Positions 40,031-53,801 of a stretch of DNA of 64,000 bases are shown one piece after another. The stretch comes from Octopus sinensis (Eukaryota): assembly GCF_006345805.1 (NCBI RefSeq), contig NC_042998.1, forward strand, positions 37,014,001 through 37,078,000, written 5' to 3'. Made by a program: the position numbers and the translations under genes. Below the pieces are notes generated by a model that did no database searches, was not told the DNA's origin, and was given only the letters and a program-made list of their open reading frames with translations. The first letter of the stretch is position 1. Every line of letters begins with the position of its first letter.

Positions 40031-41189
40031 CATACAAATACGCCCAACTGATACTCGATAGATATCGGAACACTTCCAAGGTTATAGCATAATCGAGTTG
40101 TATTCAACTGAATATTTGTAGTGTAGTTACTGACCCTGGTAATAGAAGTATAAATATTCTTTTGTAAAGTGAATGCTGAAATTGGGTATCTTTATTGAAT
40201 TAGAAGATAAAGTACACTTACAGTCATGTTATATGAGATATAAGAAATGAAGCGAGAATGATTAGAGAATTTGTTTTGCTTTCATTATTTTTAAATATTG
40301 TTGTTACGCTGGATCTATTCTTCTTTATCATTGAACCAGCTCTGACTGGAATGCTCTCTTTTAAGGTAATGTAATTTTTGATTGACTCTGCTTCACGGGC
40401 GGTAATTCTAGATATTATTTATACTGTTTCTCGAATCATTTTGCAATCTTGCGCGTTGTTTATCAACGTATTCCATATAAATAAGCAAAATGGATAACAG
40501 AATAGCGTTATTAACAATGAAGGTCATATATATTTTAACAACCATTATTACCTATAAACTAAGTCATTTGTTGACAATTATAACCATATTACGCGCAGAA
40601 ATTTTCTTCGGTCCCGCTGAGTCAAACTATTGTGGGATACACGTTCCATTGACAATCAGAAACAAATGCGAAGATAATACTATTTCAGAGCTCTTTTCAG
40701 GACGAATCGCATTTGAGAAGGCAGCGTGAGTCCAATTATTGAAGGAGAGAATATTTTAAATATACAGAAATATATAGCAACAAATGTTAAGAAATAAATA
40801 TCCCGGAGATGAAATAACAAACCATTGTGAATTCAGAATCATCTTGTAGTCAGAGGAAGAAAGGATGAATCAATGCTTACGAATTATTTCTATATTTCTA
40901 TACTCAGTGAAGTAAGCTACCGTTTATTTGAGTTATGGCAATTCTTCTATATAACTTATTTATGTGAATACTTGTGGATGTGTTTTTTTTTATGTAGATA
41001 TATTTGTTACGTTCAATTTTACCTGGTTCCTATGCGTAGTGTTGAAATCATCAACGGGTGTTGATTATTTTAATATTGTGCCTTAAGTGAAACCTTACGT
41101 TTTATCGTATGCATTTACTTGTTATTCTAAATTAGTATGCCATGTATATATCATAAGGAATTCCAAGGGGACTGCATTTTATTCAACAT

Positions 41190-41345
41190 CAGCACTGACG
41201 TAGAGAACATTATTTACATAGAGAACATTATTTACGTAGAGAACATTACCTTATTTACATTATTTACATTTGATGGATATTTGTCCTCATCTTGTTTCTT
41301 GTTAACACAACGTTTCGGCTTAAATACTCTTCATCAGGCATTTTC
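41190..41345 (-). repeat. Short HHR-like repeat with an 18-bp tandem tail
   Basis: Minus strand AAATGC-CTGATGA-AGAGTATTTAAGCC-GAAACGTT-GTGTT (41304-41342); stem II pairs poorly. GTAGAGAACATTATTTAC occurs about three times at 41199-41255. Confidence 0.5.
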
Positions 41346-41349
41346 GATG

Positions 41350-41354
<5 letters not shown>

Positions 41355-41380
<26 letters not shown>

Positions 41381-44300
41381 CTTTTCTTTCTTCTTTCAAA
41401 TTTGCTACCATTTCTTGCCGAGTGTCTTCCCGACTCCCAGGGCAAAGAAACTCATAGTATACATTGGTAGGCCATTAAACTAAACTCACTAGTTCGTTAA
41501 TTTTTTCTTAAGTTAAATTAAAATACATGGGTAATAATAGTTCTCACATCGACAATGCTCTTCTCAATAAGTGTGATGTACCAGTTAAGACAATCTTTTG
41601 CACTTATTGCAGGGATGGTAAGCCAGGGATCATTCTCATATAATTTTCGGTTCCCTTCATGATCATTCCTAGTGCTCCTACGATCACTGGTATTGTAACC
41701 GCCTTGAGATACCACATTTTCTCAATTTCAATGAGCAGGTCTTTATATTTTCTGAGCTTGTCAAACTCTTTCGCCGAAATATTATGATTACAAGGGATGC
41801 TCATGTCGATCAATAAGCAAACTTTATTGTTTTCGTCTTTCACAACAATATCCGGTTTATTGGCTTTGATGGCTCGGTCTGTATGTACTGGAAAGTCCCA
41901 CAGAATCGTTACATTTTCTCCTTCAGTTACAGCTTCAGGGTGGTGATTATACCACTTGTCGGCAGTTTTGATATTGTAATGCCGACTTATTAGCCAGTGT
42001 AGATATTGGCCAACTCTGTCATGTCTTAATTTATACTCCACTGGTGCTAAAACTTTGGATCCAGAGATTAGGTGGTCCACTGTTTCAATCATGTCGTTGC
42101 AGAATCGGCATTTTGGGTCTGCTCTATTTTTCATCACATTGGCCTGGTAGTTCCGGGTTAATAGGCTTTGATCTTGAGCAGCCAGGATGAAACCTTCGCT
42201 CTCTGCTTTTAGCCCTGAGCTCCGTAGCCACTGATGGGTTTGCTTCTGGTCAACATCAGCTTGTTTGCTACGGGCCACATATTTGCCGTACAGAGGTTTC
42301 TCCTCCCACCTATCAGCCAATCGCTCGTGCGCTTTTTTCGTTGCCATTATTTTCACCTTCTTTGCAACAATAGTTGCCGTACTTCCCTCGGGTTGTTCAG
42401 TTTGGGTATTCTGCACGAGATCAATAGCAAATTTTTTGCTTTCCTTGATGATAGAATGAAGCTTCTTTCGTCTCTCGTGATTTTCCACGAGCTTTAGCAT
42501 CCAGTCATTCGATATTTCGAGATATTTGGCCAGTCCAATTGTGGTTGTTTTGTAAGCTAGTTCAAATTGGATCAAGCCTCGACCTCCTTGGGCTCTGGGA
42601 AGGTAAAGGCGATCTACGTCTGCCTTTGGGTGGTGCATCCTATTACAACTCAGCAGCTTGCGTATTTTCCTATCTATATTCTTTACTTCACTCATATTCC
42701 AGTTCAACACATTGTAGCTATAAGTAACTACTGGAACTGGTAAGGAATTTATAGCTAACACCTTGTTACGTGCATTTAGTTCAGATTTCAGGACTGCACG
42801 ACCTCTCCTATAACATTCCTTTCTGATCTTCTCTTTCATGCTTGCATACTGAATACCAGAGCCTTCATTTATCCCTAAATATTTGTATGTTTGTTCTTGC
42901 CCAAGCTCTCTTATGACTGTGCCGACATCTAACACGACTGAATTTGTGGTCTTCACTTTCCCTTTCTGGAAAGTGGCCTTGGCACACTTCTCAAGCTCAA
43001 ACTCCATCCCGATATCATCGCTGAATACTTTCACAGTGCGCAATAGGCCTTCAAGTTCATTATCGTCTTTACCATAGAGTTTTAAGTCATCCATATAAAA
43101 TAGATGGCTTATTTTTTTATTGGCAATTTTATACCCATACCCTGTTCTGTTTAATTCACTTGTAAGGGGTATTAAGGCTATGCAGAATATTAAAGGTGAA
43201 AGTGAGTCACCTTGAAAATTCCACAGTTGATGTTTATATTTTCTGAGGCAAGTACTCCATTAGAGTGGTATAATTGGAGATTCGTATTCCACAACGACAT
43301 ATTGTGCTTCAGGAAGCTTGAAATCACAGGGAAAATGTTGAAGATGTCCAGCGATCTCAAGATCGAAGGCCTTTTGATAGTCAATCCATACGGAGCTGAG
43401 ATTTCTGCGCTTGTTGTGACAGTTCTCAAGGATCATATAATTAATTAGCAGTTGATCTTTGCATCCGTATGAGCCTCGGCGGCACCCTTTTTGTTCAATG
43501 GGGAAAATATCGTTCTTCTCCATGAATGCATGTTTTCTCCGCCAGGATAGATGTTAGGATTTTATACCTGGTGGATAGACAGGTTATAGGCCGATAGTTT
43601 TTTGGAAGGTTGGTTTCGTTATTCTTTGGGAGTAGGTAAGCAATACCACTTACTAACCATTCAGGTATTTTCTTTGGGTCTCTCATAATTCCATTGAGCA
43701 GCTGAACTAGCTTACCGTGTGCGCATGGGAGCGATGCGAGCCAGAAATTCGGCACCCTATCTTTACCGGGGGATTTCCAATTATGGGCCTTCGTGAGTGC
43801 CTTTCTTAGGTCTGCTATTGTGATGTTTTCCCATGCTTGTTGTAAATTTTGGTAGGATCCTTCTGTTTGTATAATCCAGTCTGCATTTATGTTGTACGTC
43901 TTCTTGTCACTCCAAATCCTTTTCCAAAAGTTTTGAACTTCTTCCATCGAAGGAGGGTCTTTAACGGTTACTTTCTCCTTCCCTATTTCTCTGTAGAATT
44001 TTTTGGCATTGGATGTGAACAGCTTATTTTGCTTGTAAAACTTGTTTCTCTTCTCAAATCTTCGTATTCTTTGGGCTTTTGCTTAGACTTTTTGTTTCAG
44101 CGTTTCTTTTATTGATATCAGTTCTTCTCTAGGTGAGAATCCAAATTTTCTCTTCATCTTTCTTCCTGTTTTGGATCTTACATCATTTCCACATATTAGT
44201 TCATGTAATATTGATATTTCTCCTCTCATAAATTCAATCTTTTTTTCAATTTTACTTCTCCAGGTTTGATTTCTTCCCAGGTTTGGCTTTCTTTTTTTTT

Positions 44301-45290
44301 CGGGGGCATACAGCTGGTTTCAATTGCCCTAGCAGAAGCGTAAATAATTTCATTTAACTCAGTAAAATCCGATTTTAATTCTTGTATTATTTCATTTGTT
44401 ACATAGTTGCCAATTTGGATTTGTCTTTTTAATTTTGGTTTGTATTTGAGAGTTTATGAAGTAGTTCTCTATCATTCATACTTGTATGTCTTACAACTTC
44501 AAGCGTATTCAGGATTTTCTGCCTCATTTCTGCTATAGACTCTCTGTGTTCTTCAGCAAATGCGAGATCTTCAGTTACTGTTGTTTTGTCATTTTCCTGG
44601 CTATCTTTAACAGGTTCAATAGAATTTCTTGTATCTTCAGGCCTTTCCGTACTTTGGTCAGATGGCAGTCTTTCAATTAAGCCTCGTGGCGGGCTATACT
44701 GTTCATCTGATTCTTCATTTCCTTTGTGTCTTATATTTATGTCATTTTCCGTTGCGCGCTTGATCGCGCTTATTTCACTGTCTGTGAGTCTGTTATTTCT
44801 AAGGATATCCCTCCTCACATTTGCCAATTTGTTCTCGTCCAAATAGGGCCTACTGTCTTGATTCCGTGTTCTCCATATACTGTAAGAGTTTGCGGTGTGT
44901 CTCTCTTGAGATGGCCTATCTAGTGCATAGTAATAAGCGTATATTACTTCTTTATACTCTTCTCGGCTCCATTTGTTCCGCTTACATTTTTCTTTCTGTG
45001 GTGGGGAACATGGAGGGCTCGAGTTGGGGAATTTCCCGTTCAAGTGACCATCCATGTCCGTATCCGGAGAATACTTTGTGCCAGTTATGACTTTTCGATC
45101 CCAGGCTGGCTCTTCCCTGGGGACGGGCTTCCAGATTAACCATAGGACAAGCGATTTGGTATACTGATTTAGTTTTCCTTTTAGTTTCCAAAAACATTTT
45201 GGTGCTACGTTGATGTTATCATTTTTGAGCTTTGATTGGCTCGTGGGGAGACGGCCATCATTGCCGTTATAATTATAATCGCACCATTAT
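41355..45290 (-). mobile_element. Near full-length R4/Dong-like RLE non-LTR retrotransposon, frameshifted, with (TAA)n tail
   Basis: N-terminus 44429-45055; RT motifs KSPGKD, NYRPITCL, IDYQKAFD, GIF(Q)GDSLSP, YMDDLKLY; CRFC..TVDHLISG knuckle; RHDRV, KPDIVV and KYKDL RLE motifs in ORF 41604-43094; tail ATT repeats on + at ~41350-41380. Confidence 0.9.
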
Positions 45291-45369
45291 AGCAGCCGTA
45301 GCCGGCGTATTATTGTTATTATCATCACCATTATTATTACTATTATCATTATCACCACTGTTACTATCA

Positions 45370-45391
45370 TCATTATCATCATCACCATCAC

Positions 45392-45447
<56 letters not shown>
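45370..45447. repeat. (ATC)n microsatellite
   Basis: Direct reading. Confidence 0.9.
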
Positions 45448-46289
45448 ATGATATTGTTTTATGTCTAGTCACAGCAGTATCTTATTATTGTTATTCTTGT
45501 TATTATCATTATCACCATCACAGTAGTGTCTGTCTGTCTCGTTGGCTGGCTGGGTGGTTGTCTGGCTGGCTGTCTTCAACGCCAGAATTCTTGCCTGTCA
45601 AATAATACTTTCATTTTTGGTTAACATCTAAAGAGCCGAGGTGAGGTTTGTGTTGGCTGAACTCTGTGTGTTTTTTGGTAGGTTGGGTCCTATCGGTCAA
45701 AAAAAGTTCAAATGTCTACTACTACTAGCCTTAAGAAAAATTAAGGAAGGGCTGTTCTGTATTATTTGTGAATAGAAAAGTTGTGTTCGACCAGAGAGAA
45801 TCTTAGCATCATTATGTTTTTTCCATGTGCGTTTGTGTTATTGCAATAAAAAGTGTTTGTATATTTCGTGTAAGGTAATATTGTGGAGGTTGAAGTTTAC
45901 TTTTCTAGAGATGTTTGTATGTCCAGTTAGAAGAACAGGTGTGTTTTTACAATAAAAAGTATATGTTTAGATTTATATTTGAATATTCAGGGAGGAAACA
46001 TATAAAAGTCAGATTTTCATAGAAAGATTTAAGGTTTTAAGATGGTCTTTTGTAAGTCCACAAAAAGAAAAGCGTGATGTTTTTAGAGAGAAGACAAAAA
46101 AGGATGTTTACAGAGGCAATTGTGGGTATTAAGGTGTTTAAAGCTGATCGAATGTATGTTTGAAAACTGTAGATATGTAAATTTGTAAGTTTCTTAACTT
46201 ATTTTGAAGAGAATTTTATCACAAGATATTGTAGATGTTCCAGTCTTTGAGAGTTATTTTCCCCGTTGCTAAACTGGGTCATATTATTA

Positions 46290-47795
46290 TTATTATTATA
46301 ATTATTATTATCATTATTATTACTTTTTTTTTTCTTCTTTCAAATTTGCTTCCATTTCTTGCCGAGTGTCTTCCCGACTCCTAGGGCAAAGAAACTCATA
46401 GTATATATTGGTAGGCCATTAAACCAAACTCTGTTCGTTCATTTTTTTTTTTTTTTAAATTAAAATACATGAGCAGCAACAGTTCTCACATCGACAATGC
46501 TCTTCTCAATACGTGTGATATACCAGTTAAGACAATCTTTTGCACTTCTTGCAGGGATGGTAAGCCAGGGATCATTCTCATATAATTTTCGGTTCCCTTC
46601 TTGATCATTCCTAGTGCTCCTACGATCACTGGTATTGTAACCGCCTTGAGATGCCACATTTTCTCAATTTCAATGAGTAGGTCTTTATATTTTCTGAGCT
46701 TGTCAAACTCTTTCGCCGAGATATTATGATCACAGGGGATGTTCATGTCGATCAATAAGCAAACTTTATTGTTTTCGTCTTTCACAACAATATCTGGTTT
46801 ATTGGCCTTGATGGTTCGGTCTGTATGTACTGGAAAGTCCCATAGAATGGTTACATTTTCTCCTTCAGTTACAGCCTCAGGGTGGTGATTATACCACTTG
46901 TCGGCAGTTTTGATATTGTAATGCCGACTTATTAGCCAGTGTAGATATTGGCCAACTCTGTCATGTCTTAATTTATACTCCACTGGTGCTAAGACTTTAA
47001 ATCCAGAGATTAGGTGGTCCACTGTTTCAATCATGTTGTTGCAGAATCGGCATTTTGGGTCTGCTCCATTTTTCATCACATTGGCCTGGTAGTCCGTGTT
47101 AATAGGCTTTGGTCTTGAGCAGCCAGGATGAAACCTTCGCTCTCTGCTTTTAGCCCTGAGCTCCGTAGCCACTGATGGGTTTGCTTCTGGTCAACATCAG
47201 CTTGTTTGCTGCGGGTCACATATTTGCCGTGCAGAGGTTTCTCCTCCCACCTATCAGCCAATTGCTCGTGCGCTTTTTTCATTGCCATCATTTTCACCTT
47301 CTTTGCAACAATAGTTGCCGTACTTCCCTCGGGTTGTTCAGTTTGGGTATTCTGCACGAGATCAATAGCAAATTTTTTGCTTTCCTTGATGATAGAATGA
47401 AGCTTCTTTCGTCTCTCGTGATTTTCCACGAGCTTTAGCATCCAGTCATTCGATATTTCGAGATATTTGGTTGTTTTGTAAGCTAGTTCAAATTAGATCA
47501 GGCCTCGACCTCCTTGGGCTCTGGGAAGGTAAAGGCGATCTACGTCTGCCTTTGGGTGGTGCATCCTATTACAACTCAGCAGCTTGCGTATTTTCCTATC
47601 TATATTCTTTACTTCACTCATATTCCAGTTCAGTACATTGTAGTTATAAGTAACTACTGGAACTGCTAAGGAATTTATAGCTAACACCTTGTTACGTGTA
47701 TTTAGTTCAGATTTCAGGACTGCACGAACTCTCCTATAACATTCCTTCCTGATTTTCTCTTTCATGCTTGCATGCTGAATACCAGAGCCTTCATT
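46290..47795 (-). mobile_element. Second, 5'-truncated copy of the same Dong-like element
   Basis: Closely colinear with 41380-42870. It has a 15-bp deletion (CCAGTCCAATTGTGG, with TGG microhomology) at 47470, and ATT arrays on both sides. Confidence 0.9.
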
Positions 47796-47829
47796 ATTAT
47801 TATTATTATCATTATTATTATTATTATTA

Positions 47830-47873
<44 letters not shown>

Positions 47874-47883
47874 ATTATTAACA

Positions 47884-47925
<42 letters not shown>

Positions 47926-47942
47926 TATTATTATTATTATTA

Positions 47943-48016
<74 letters not shown>

Positions 48017-48026
48017 ATTATTAACA

Positions 48027-48058
<32 letters not shown>
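47793..48058. repeat. (ATT)n array
   Basis: Direct reading; the internal variant ATAATTATTAACATTGTT occurs twice. Confidence 0.95.
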
Positions 48059-48062
<4 letters not shown>

Positions 48063-48219
48063 CTGCTTGGAATCGAACTCAGAATCTTGGGCCTGTGGCG
48101 CAGGGGTTAAGGTAGTGAGGAGAATCAGCAGAGGCTGAATAGAGTTAGTTACATTATTGCTTTGCCCAATTTCCGGTTTAGATTTATGATGACACGTTCA
48201 AAGATTCGTTTGGATTGAT

Positions 48220-48482
48220 TACTCTTTTAATCTTTTACTCTTTTACTTGTTTCAGTCATTTGACTGTTGCCATACTGGAGCACCGCCTTTAGTCAAGCAA
48301 ATCGACCACAGGATTTATTCTTTGTAAGCCTAATACTTATTCTATCATCTTCATTTGCCGAACCGCTGAGTTACGGGGATGTAAGCACACCAGCATCGGT
48401 TATCAAGCGATGTTGGGGGACTAAGACAGATACACAAACACATATATACATACACACATACACACACACAAACACACACACG

Positions 48483-48518
<36 letters not shown>

Positions 48519-48650
48519 CATATATACGACGGGCTTCTTTGAGTTTACGTCTAACAAATCCACTCACAAGGCTTTGGTCGGCCCGAGGCTATAGCAGAAG
48601 ACACTTGCCCAAGGTCTCATGCAGTGGGACTGAACCCGCAACCAAGGCTA
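48220..48650 (-). mobile_element. Composite tRNA-derived SINE with internal (CA)n/(TA)n
   Basis: 3' half at 48220-48425 matches 27645-27795; 5' part at 48528-48650 carries the B-box-like GGTTCAGTCCC on the minus strand. Confidence 0.75.
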
Positions 48651-48759
48651 CACTTTCACTAACACGTCTAGATATGTGATGGGGATTCCTTCATTATTAC
48701 TTCTTTTATATTTGATCATTTCCGATCACTATGTCAAATACTATACATCAATTACCTCT

Positions 48760-49850
48760 AAATTCCTCAACAATCATTGCAAGCCAGGCTGGTGAAATAT
48801 CTCCTGTTGGATGGAAGATGAGATTTTCTTCTGATAACTAATTATATACAACTTTCAGGAATTCTCTCAAACCATACCTTGCCGTAGCCGTTGCAACTAA
48901 GGGTGTACGAATTGTGTGAACTAACGAGAGAGTAGGACCGTGTCTTAACAAATGGTATTCGTATAATCTTTATGATTTCATAGGAAAAAATCCAGGTAAT
49001 TAAATGCAAGTGTATGCGGCATTTTGCATTTATTGTCTCCATTCTGTTGGACCTCTTTCAGTCATCGACTCTGACATCTTTTGTGAAAATGGGGCATAAG
49101 GTTGTCCTTGCATGTAAATTCCAGTGGTTGATTCATGCAGAATGAGTAGGTTTGCTGCCAGTACGTAAACTGACAGGACACCCTAATGAAGCCAGTGAAA
49201 TATTGAAGCACTTCAAAGTATTTACCAATTGTTGGTCAATTACAAACGTTTGCGTCTGCTACAACAGGCTTCGGTGAACACTATTCATACTAAATGAGAT
49301 GTCACTGATTTCTTAATTTTTATGTAAGGATTAATCTCAAAGCAAGAGCAACGCACTCTGTGTGCATGTTGAAGTAGTTGGATATACATTTCGTTACACA
49401 TTGATCCCTCAATAATGATTTAGACATGCAATATTGATAGGAGCTGACAGTACATAATATTCATGATTCTGGCCAACTATGAGTTGCACACTGTATGCTA
49501 TGAGGATTATTATGAATGTTGTACACACCACACGCAATCTTTTAATGTGGTTGCTTATCTCCTGTAGAACACGATGCAATATGTTTTCCGTCATACTTTC
49601 CTGGTGACTATGCTAAATTTGCCACCGATCGGATGGTAAACAAGCAAAAATGGTTTCTCTTCGTGCTTCGATAGCAAGACACTGCAACCATTTTAATGCA
49701 GTTTCCCAGACTGCATCACATTCAAAGGGTGTTCTCCTGTAATAGGTTTCGTGTTATTTTGCATAGACGCAAAAGTAAGATCCTGGAATGAGATTACATC
49801 ATGAATATTGTGCCTTAAGCTTTCTCACATAAGCAACAATTGGCATTCAT
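48760..49850 (-). pseudogene. Heavily decayed Helitron RepHel (PIF1-like helicase) remnant
   Basis: Minus-strand pieces ESMTENILHRV, TGSKPTHSA (cf. GGRTAHS) and CKMPHTLAFNYLD (cf. ECTMAHKRAFEALD) lie in Helitron order. Confidence 0.45.
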
Positions 49851-50504
49851 ATCTTGAAAACATTATTGCATGGCTTCATAGAACATGAAAGATAGAAAAC
49901 TATTTCTTTCATAGTTTAACATTTAAATTTGTATATCATAAAATCAAATCACGTTTACTCAAATTCCTCTTATAATATCTACACTGATCTCATGAGACGA
50001 TACCATAAAAAATATACAGTCTATAAATTGTGCCGGCGCCTTTCAAAAAAGCCAGCATTAAAAAGTAACGTATGACATTGCAGGCTATATATTTAATGTG
50101 TGAACATTTTTTTGTACGTCTTATTGAAGTTGCTAGTCTCTAATTGCTATACGATTCTCCAATTCTGCACCTTTAATCTTCTATGTACCCTTGGTTGCCT
50201 CTACCTGAGATATTATTTCATTAAAATATTATACATGATTCATCCAACTTATTTTCATAATGCAGTCGGCAGATTCTAACAAATGCAAGTTTGTTTTTTT
50301 GTTTTACTTTACAGCATTGTGGACCTGCTCTATATTCATATCCATTCGCTTTTTATATAAACCGGTATACATATTTGTTATGTTAAGAAAGTTATATGTG
50401 CATGCATATATTAGTACGCAGGTAGATGCGTATGTGTATAGGTGTGTGTATATATATGCCTTTATTCTGGCATGTATGTATATGCATGCATGTCTTCCCT
50501 TCTC

Positions 50505-50659
50505 TGGATCTTTCCCTTTCCTATGTTTCTGACGAAGAGCTCCGCTCGAAACGTACGAGCCTCCTTCTTCCCTTCCTTCCTGAGCGTCCAATAATACTAT
50601 ATTTGTTCCACGTCCTCGCGTTGTTGTGTTTTCTCTTTGTGTTTTCATGTTTGGATTAA

Positions 50660-50660
<1 letters not shown>
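50505..50660 (+). repeat. Short HHR-bearing repeat ending in (TA)n
   Basis: CTGACGA-A-GAGC-TCC-GCTC-GAAACGTA at 50529-50555 has an intact core but weak stem I. Shares CCTGAGCGT with 60605-60755. Confidence 0.55.
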
Positions 50661-50724
<64 letters not shown>

Positions 50725-50730
<6 letters not shown>

Positions 50731-52530
50731 GAAAAGAGTGAAAAAACTACAGAAGGCTTGTTTTATAAGGTTAAAGAACATATTTAAGTCGTTATGTTAG
50801 AAGAATGTTATAAAATCTTTCATATAGTAACATAGTTTTGGAATCAATTACCGGTTTCGTTTTAACTTTTCAAATTTCTCAAATGTCTTTACCTACACCG
50901 TGTCATGTCTTCGTTATGCAGTGCAAAGAAGAGATCCAGGTAGGGGGAGGTAATAAACGATTTCTTCCGGTATAAGGGAGATAATCGCTTTATATTTCTT
51001 TTCCCTTATTTAATCGGATGAGTTTCTCTGTTTAAGAATGTTAGAATGGTTAAGTTTAGGCTTATATTTTTCAATGAAGAATGTTTCCTTGTTTAATCTA
51101 ATTTGTGTTGGTGTTCCAATAGCACATTGATAGAATGGAAATATTAAAAATTGTGGTAGTAGTTGCTTTGTCCATTTCTCAATATGCTCACTAAAGGGCA
51201 TCATTCTGTATTCTGGGAATGCAATCTGTTGTCGATGCAGAGTGCATCTACGTCTGAGTGATAATCCCGTGGACCCCACGTAGTTTTGGTGGCAGCCCGA
51301 GGAACTTATGACATAAATTATGTTTTCAGAAGCACAAGTAAAATTAGATCTGATCTTGAATTTTTGTCCCTCTTTGAAAAGGAATTCTGAGCCATCTAGA
51401 AAGTTTGGGCATGTTGCGCAGTTTGGTCTACCACATTTTTTTTTACTTTTGCATCCGTAATTTCAGAAAACAATTTTGCCTTTGTGAGAATCTTTTTCAG
51501 TGATTTAGGTTGTTTGTAGCTTTGAATGATTTTATGTATGTTTAGAATTTCCTTTAATTTGGGGTCCTTATGAAGTATTGGTAAATTATGGGTGATGATG
51601 GTGAAGGCTTCTTTGTTTCTGGGGTTGTATGTGGATATGTAAGGCAGTATTTTCGGGGAAGGTGTGTTGTTGTGTTGAACTTTTCTCAAAGTTTCTATGT
51701 CGATTTCTGTTGCACGTCTGATACCATTCTCTATGAGTTGAACTGGGTAGTGTATGTCAATTAGGGTGTTTTTGAGTTCTTGTAGTCTAGAGTTCCTGGT
51801 ATTTTGTTCTGACACTATTGTGCATATCCTTCTTGCAAGGTTGAAAGGGATGTTTGTTTTAGTGTGTCTTGGGTGGCATGAATCAAAAAGTAGGTATTGT
51901 TTGGCGTCTGTGGCTTTGTAAAAAATATCTGTTTCTATTTTAAGGTTAATTTTTTTAATTAGTATATCTAAGAATGGAAGCTCCTTTTGGTTGTATTCCA
52001 TTGTGAACTGTATATTTGGGTTGATGCTGTTCAATAGGTTTTCGAATTTTAGGAGTTTATGTGTGTTTTCATTCCAGAGTATAAACAATTGTCCAGGAAT
52101 CTTTTCCAGTTCTGTTTTATGTATTGAGAAAGGGGGTTTCCAAAGGTCGATAAAGATTCCTGGTATACAATTATTTCCAGGTAGCCCATTGTTAGGTTCG
52201 CAATGACTGGTGCTGCCCTTGTACCCAAAGCAATTCCGGACTTTTGACGGTAAAATGTATTGTCAAACATGAAGTGGTTATTTTGTTGGATGAATTCAAC
52301 CGATTTAGTAATGAATTCTTTACTGATACTTTTTGGTATTTCTTCCGGAAACGATGTAGGTAAAGACATTTGAGAAATTTGAAAAGTTAACACGAAACCG
52401 GTAATTTCTTCAAAAACTATGTTACTATATGAAAAATTTTATAACATTCTTCTAACATAATGACTTAAATATATTCTTTAACCTTATAAAACAAGCCTTC
52501 TGTAGTTTTTTCACTCTTTTCTATTTTCTA
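50725..52530 (-). mobile_element. 5'-truncated Penelope-like element (RT + GIY-YIG) with inverted pLTR
   Basis: FYRQKSGIALGTRAAP, WKRFLDN, LPFLD, HPRHTK, a CGRPNCATC linker and YVGST..R..LH..FIEKYKPKLN in ORFs 52049-52393, 51396-52088 and 51010-51279. Inverted arms at 50725-50897 and 52355-52530. Confidence 0.85.
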
Positions 52531-52534
52531 TATA

Positions 52535-53430
52535 TCCAACCACGTGGTAATATTGCGAATAAAGGGTTTAACGTTGGTTCTATGTCAACGTGTGTATATA
52601 TGAATTTTTTGCTTAATGAGATAATAACCGAGGCTGTATAGATATTAGAGCATTTATAGATAGAAGGTCTTACAGCTGTTTCTAGAATATTAATTAATAA
52701 TAATATCCCTTCATCAGAGACGGTGTGAGAGGAAAAGTTAGGTCATAGTTAGTTTCGATGTGATATAAATAGAGAGTGAGGTAGAGGAAAGAAAATAGAT
52801 GTAATATATGTAAGGTTATTGAGTTCATAAATCCGTTTTATAGGCATAATGGTATATATGTGTATTATTCCAAAGCCCTTTGAGTAAAATCCAAAAGTCC
52901 AACAGAGTTTAATATGAGTCCATCCAAATGTAAAGTTTATAAGCAATGTAAGATTCTCTTAAAGTTGGTCATTCCCAGTAGGGAATTTATATAGAATGTA
53001 GCAGATTCGATGTTTGTGGTTAAACCGACCTAGAAATAGGGAGTGTATTAGTTTGGTCAAATTGGAAATAGGAAGAGAGGAATGACAAAAAAAAAAAGAC
53101 ATGAAAGGAGGAGAGAAAGAGAGAATTAAAGAGAAAGAAGAGAAAAGATTAGTAAAAATAAAAATAAAGAATAAATAAAACCCCTGAAGGTATGAATAAA
53201 GAGAATTTAGGAAAAGAAAAAAAGAAAAATTAAGATATAGGTTGGTCAGTGGCCAGTGGAGGTAGTTTGAAAGTAGGAGTGGGGATAGAGAGAGAAAGGT
53301 ATTATAGTATAAAAGATAGAGGAATGGGGGTGTTAAGAGGTAGAGGAAGCACTAAGTGTAGTAGTAGCTTTTAAATGTGAGGCAAATATATGAAGAATTA
53401 AGAATTAAGGAAATAGCAGTGTTAATTATT
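52535..53430 (-). mobile_element. 3' region of another PLE-like element (pyrimidine-rich UTR + HHR)
   Basis: Strong strand asymmetry leading into the HHR at 52667-52721. Confidence 0.5.
52667..52721 (-). ncRNA. Type I hammerhead ribozyme (GUA/)
   Basis: GTCT-CTGATGA-A-GGGATATT..AATATTCT-A-GAAA-CAGCTG-TA-AGAC; palindromic stem III ACAGCTGT. Confidence 0.7.
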
Positions 53431-53801
53431 CTGAGAAAGTATTTATGTGAAGATGTATATATATATGTATACCAGATAAGTTACAAATAAAATTCTCGTG
53501 TATCATCGTTCCTACATGTGCAGTTATCTAAATTTAGCATGTGTATAAATGTTTACATATACCCACATGTATGCATACATGCACACCCTTACTCGTACGT
53601 ATACACGTTCGTATGGGTGTGTACGTGTACATATGTAAACGCATATAACCAGATGGTTGCATATGTGAAAAACTAGATATGGGTTAAGAGTTAGAGTGTA
53701 AATTTATTGGTTAATGGAAATAAATCCATATGCCAAAATGACCTACGGTACATTTCTGCATTAATTCTTAGATAATTCCATTACATGTATATATATATAT
53801 A

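Noticed and set aside
41199-41255. Three 18-bp direct repeats resembling a CRISPR array
   Set aside because: No spacers, no cas genes, eukaryotic context; simple tandem slippage.
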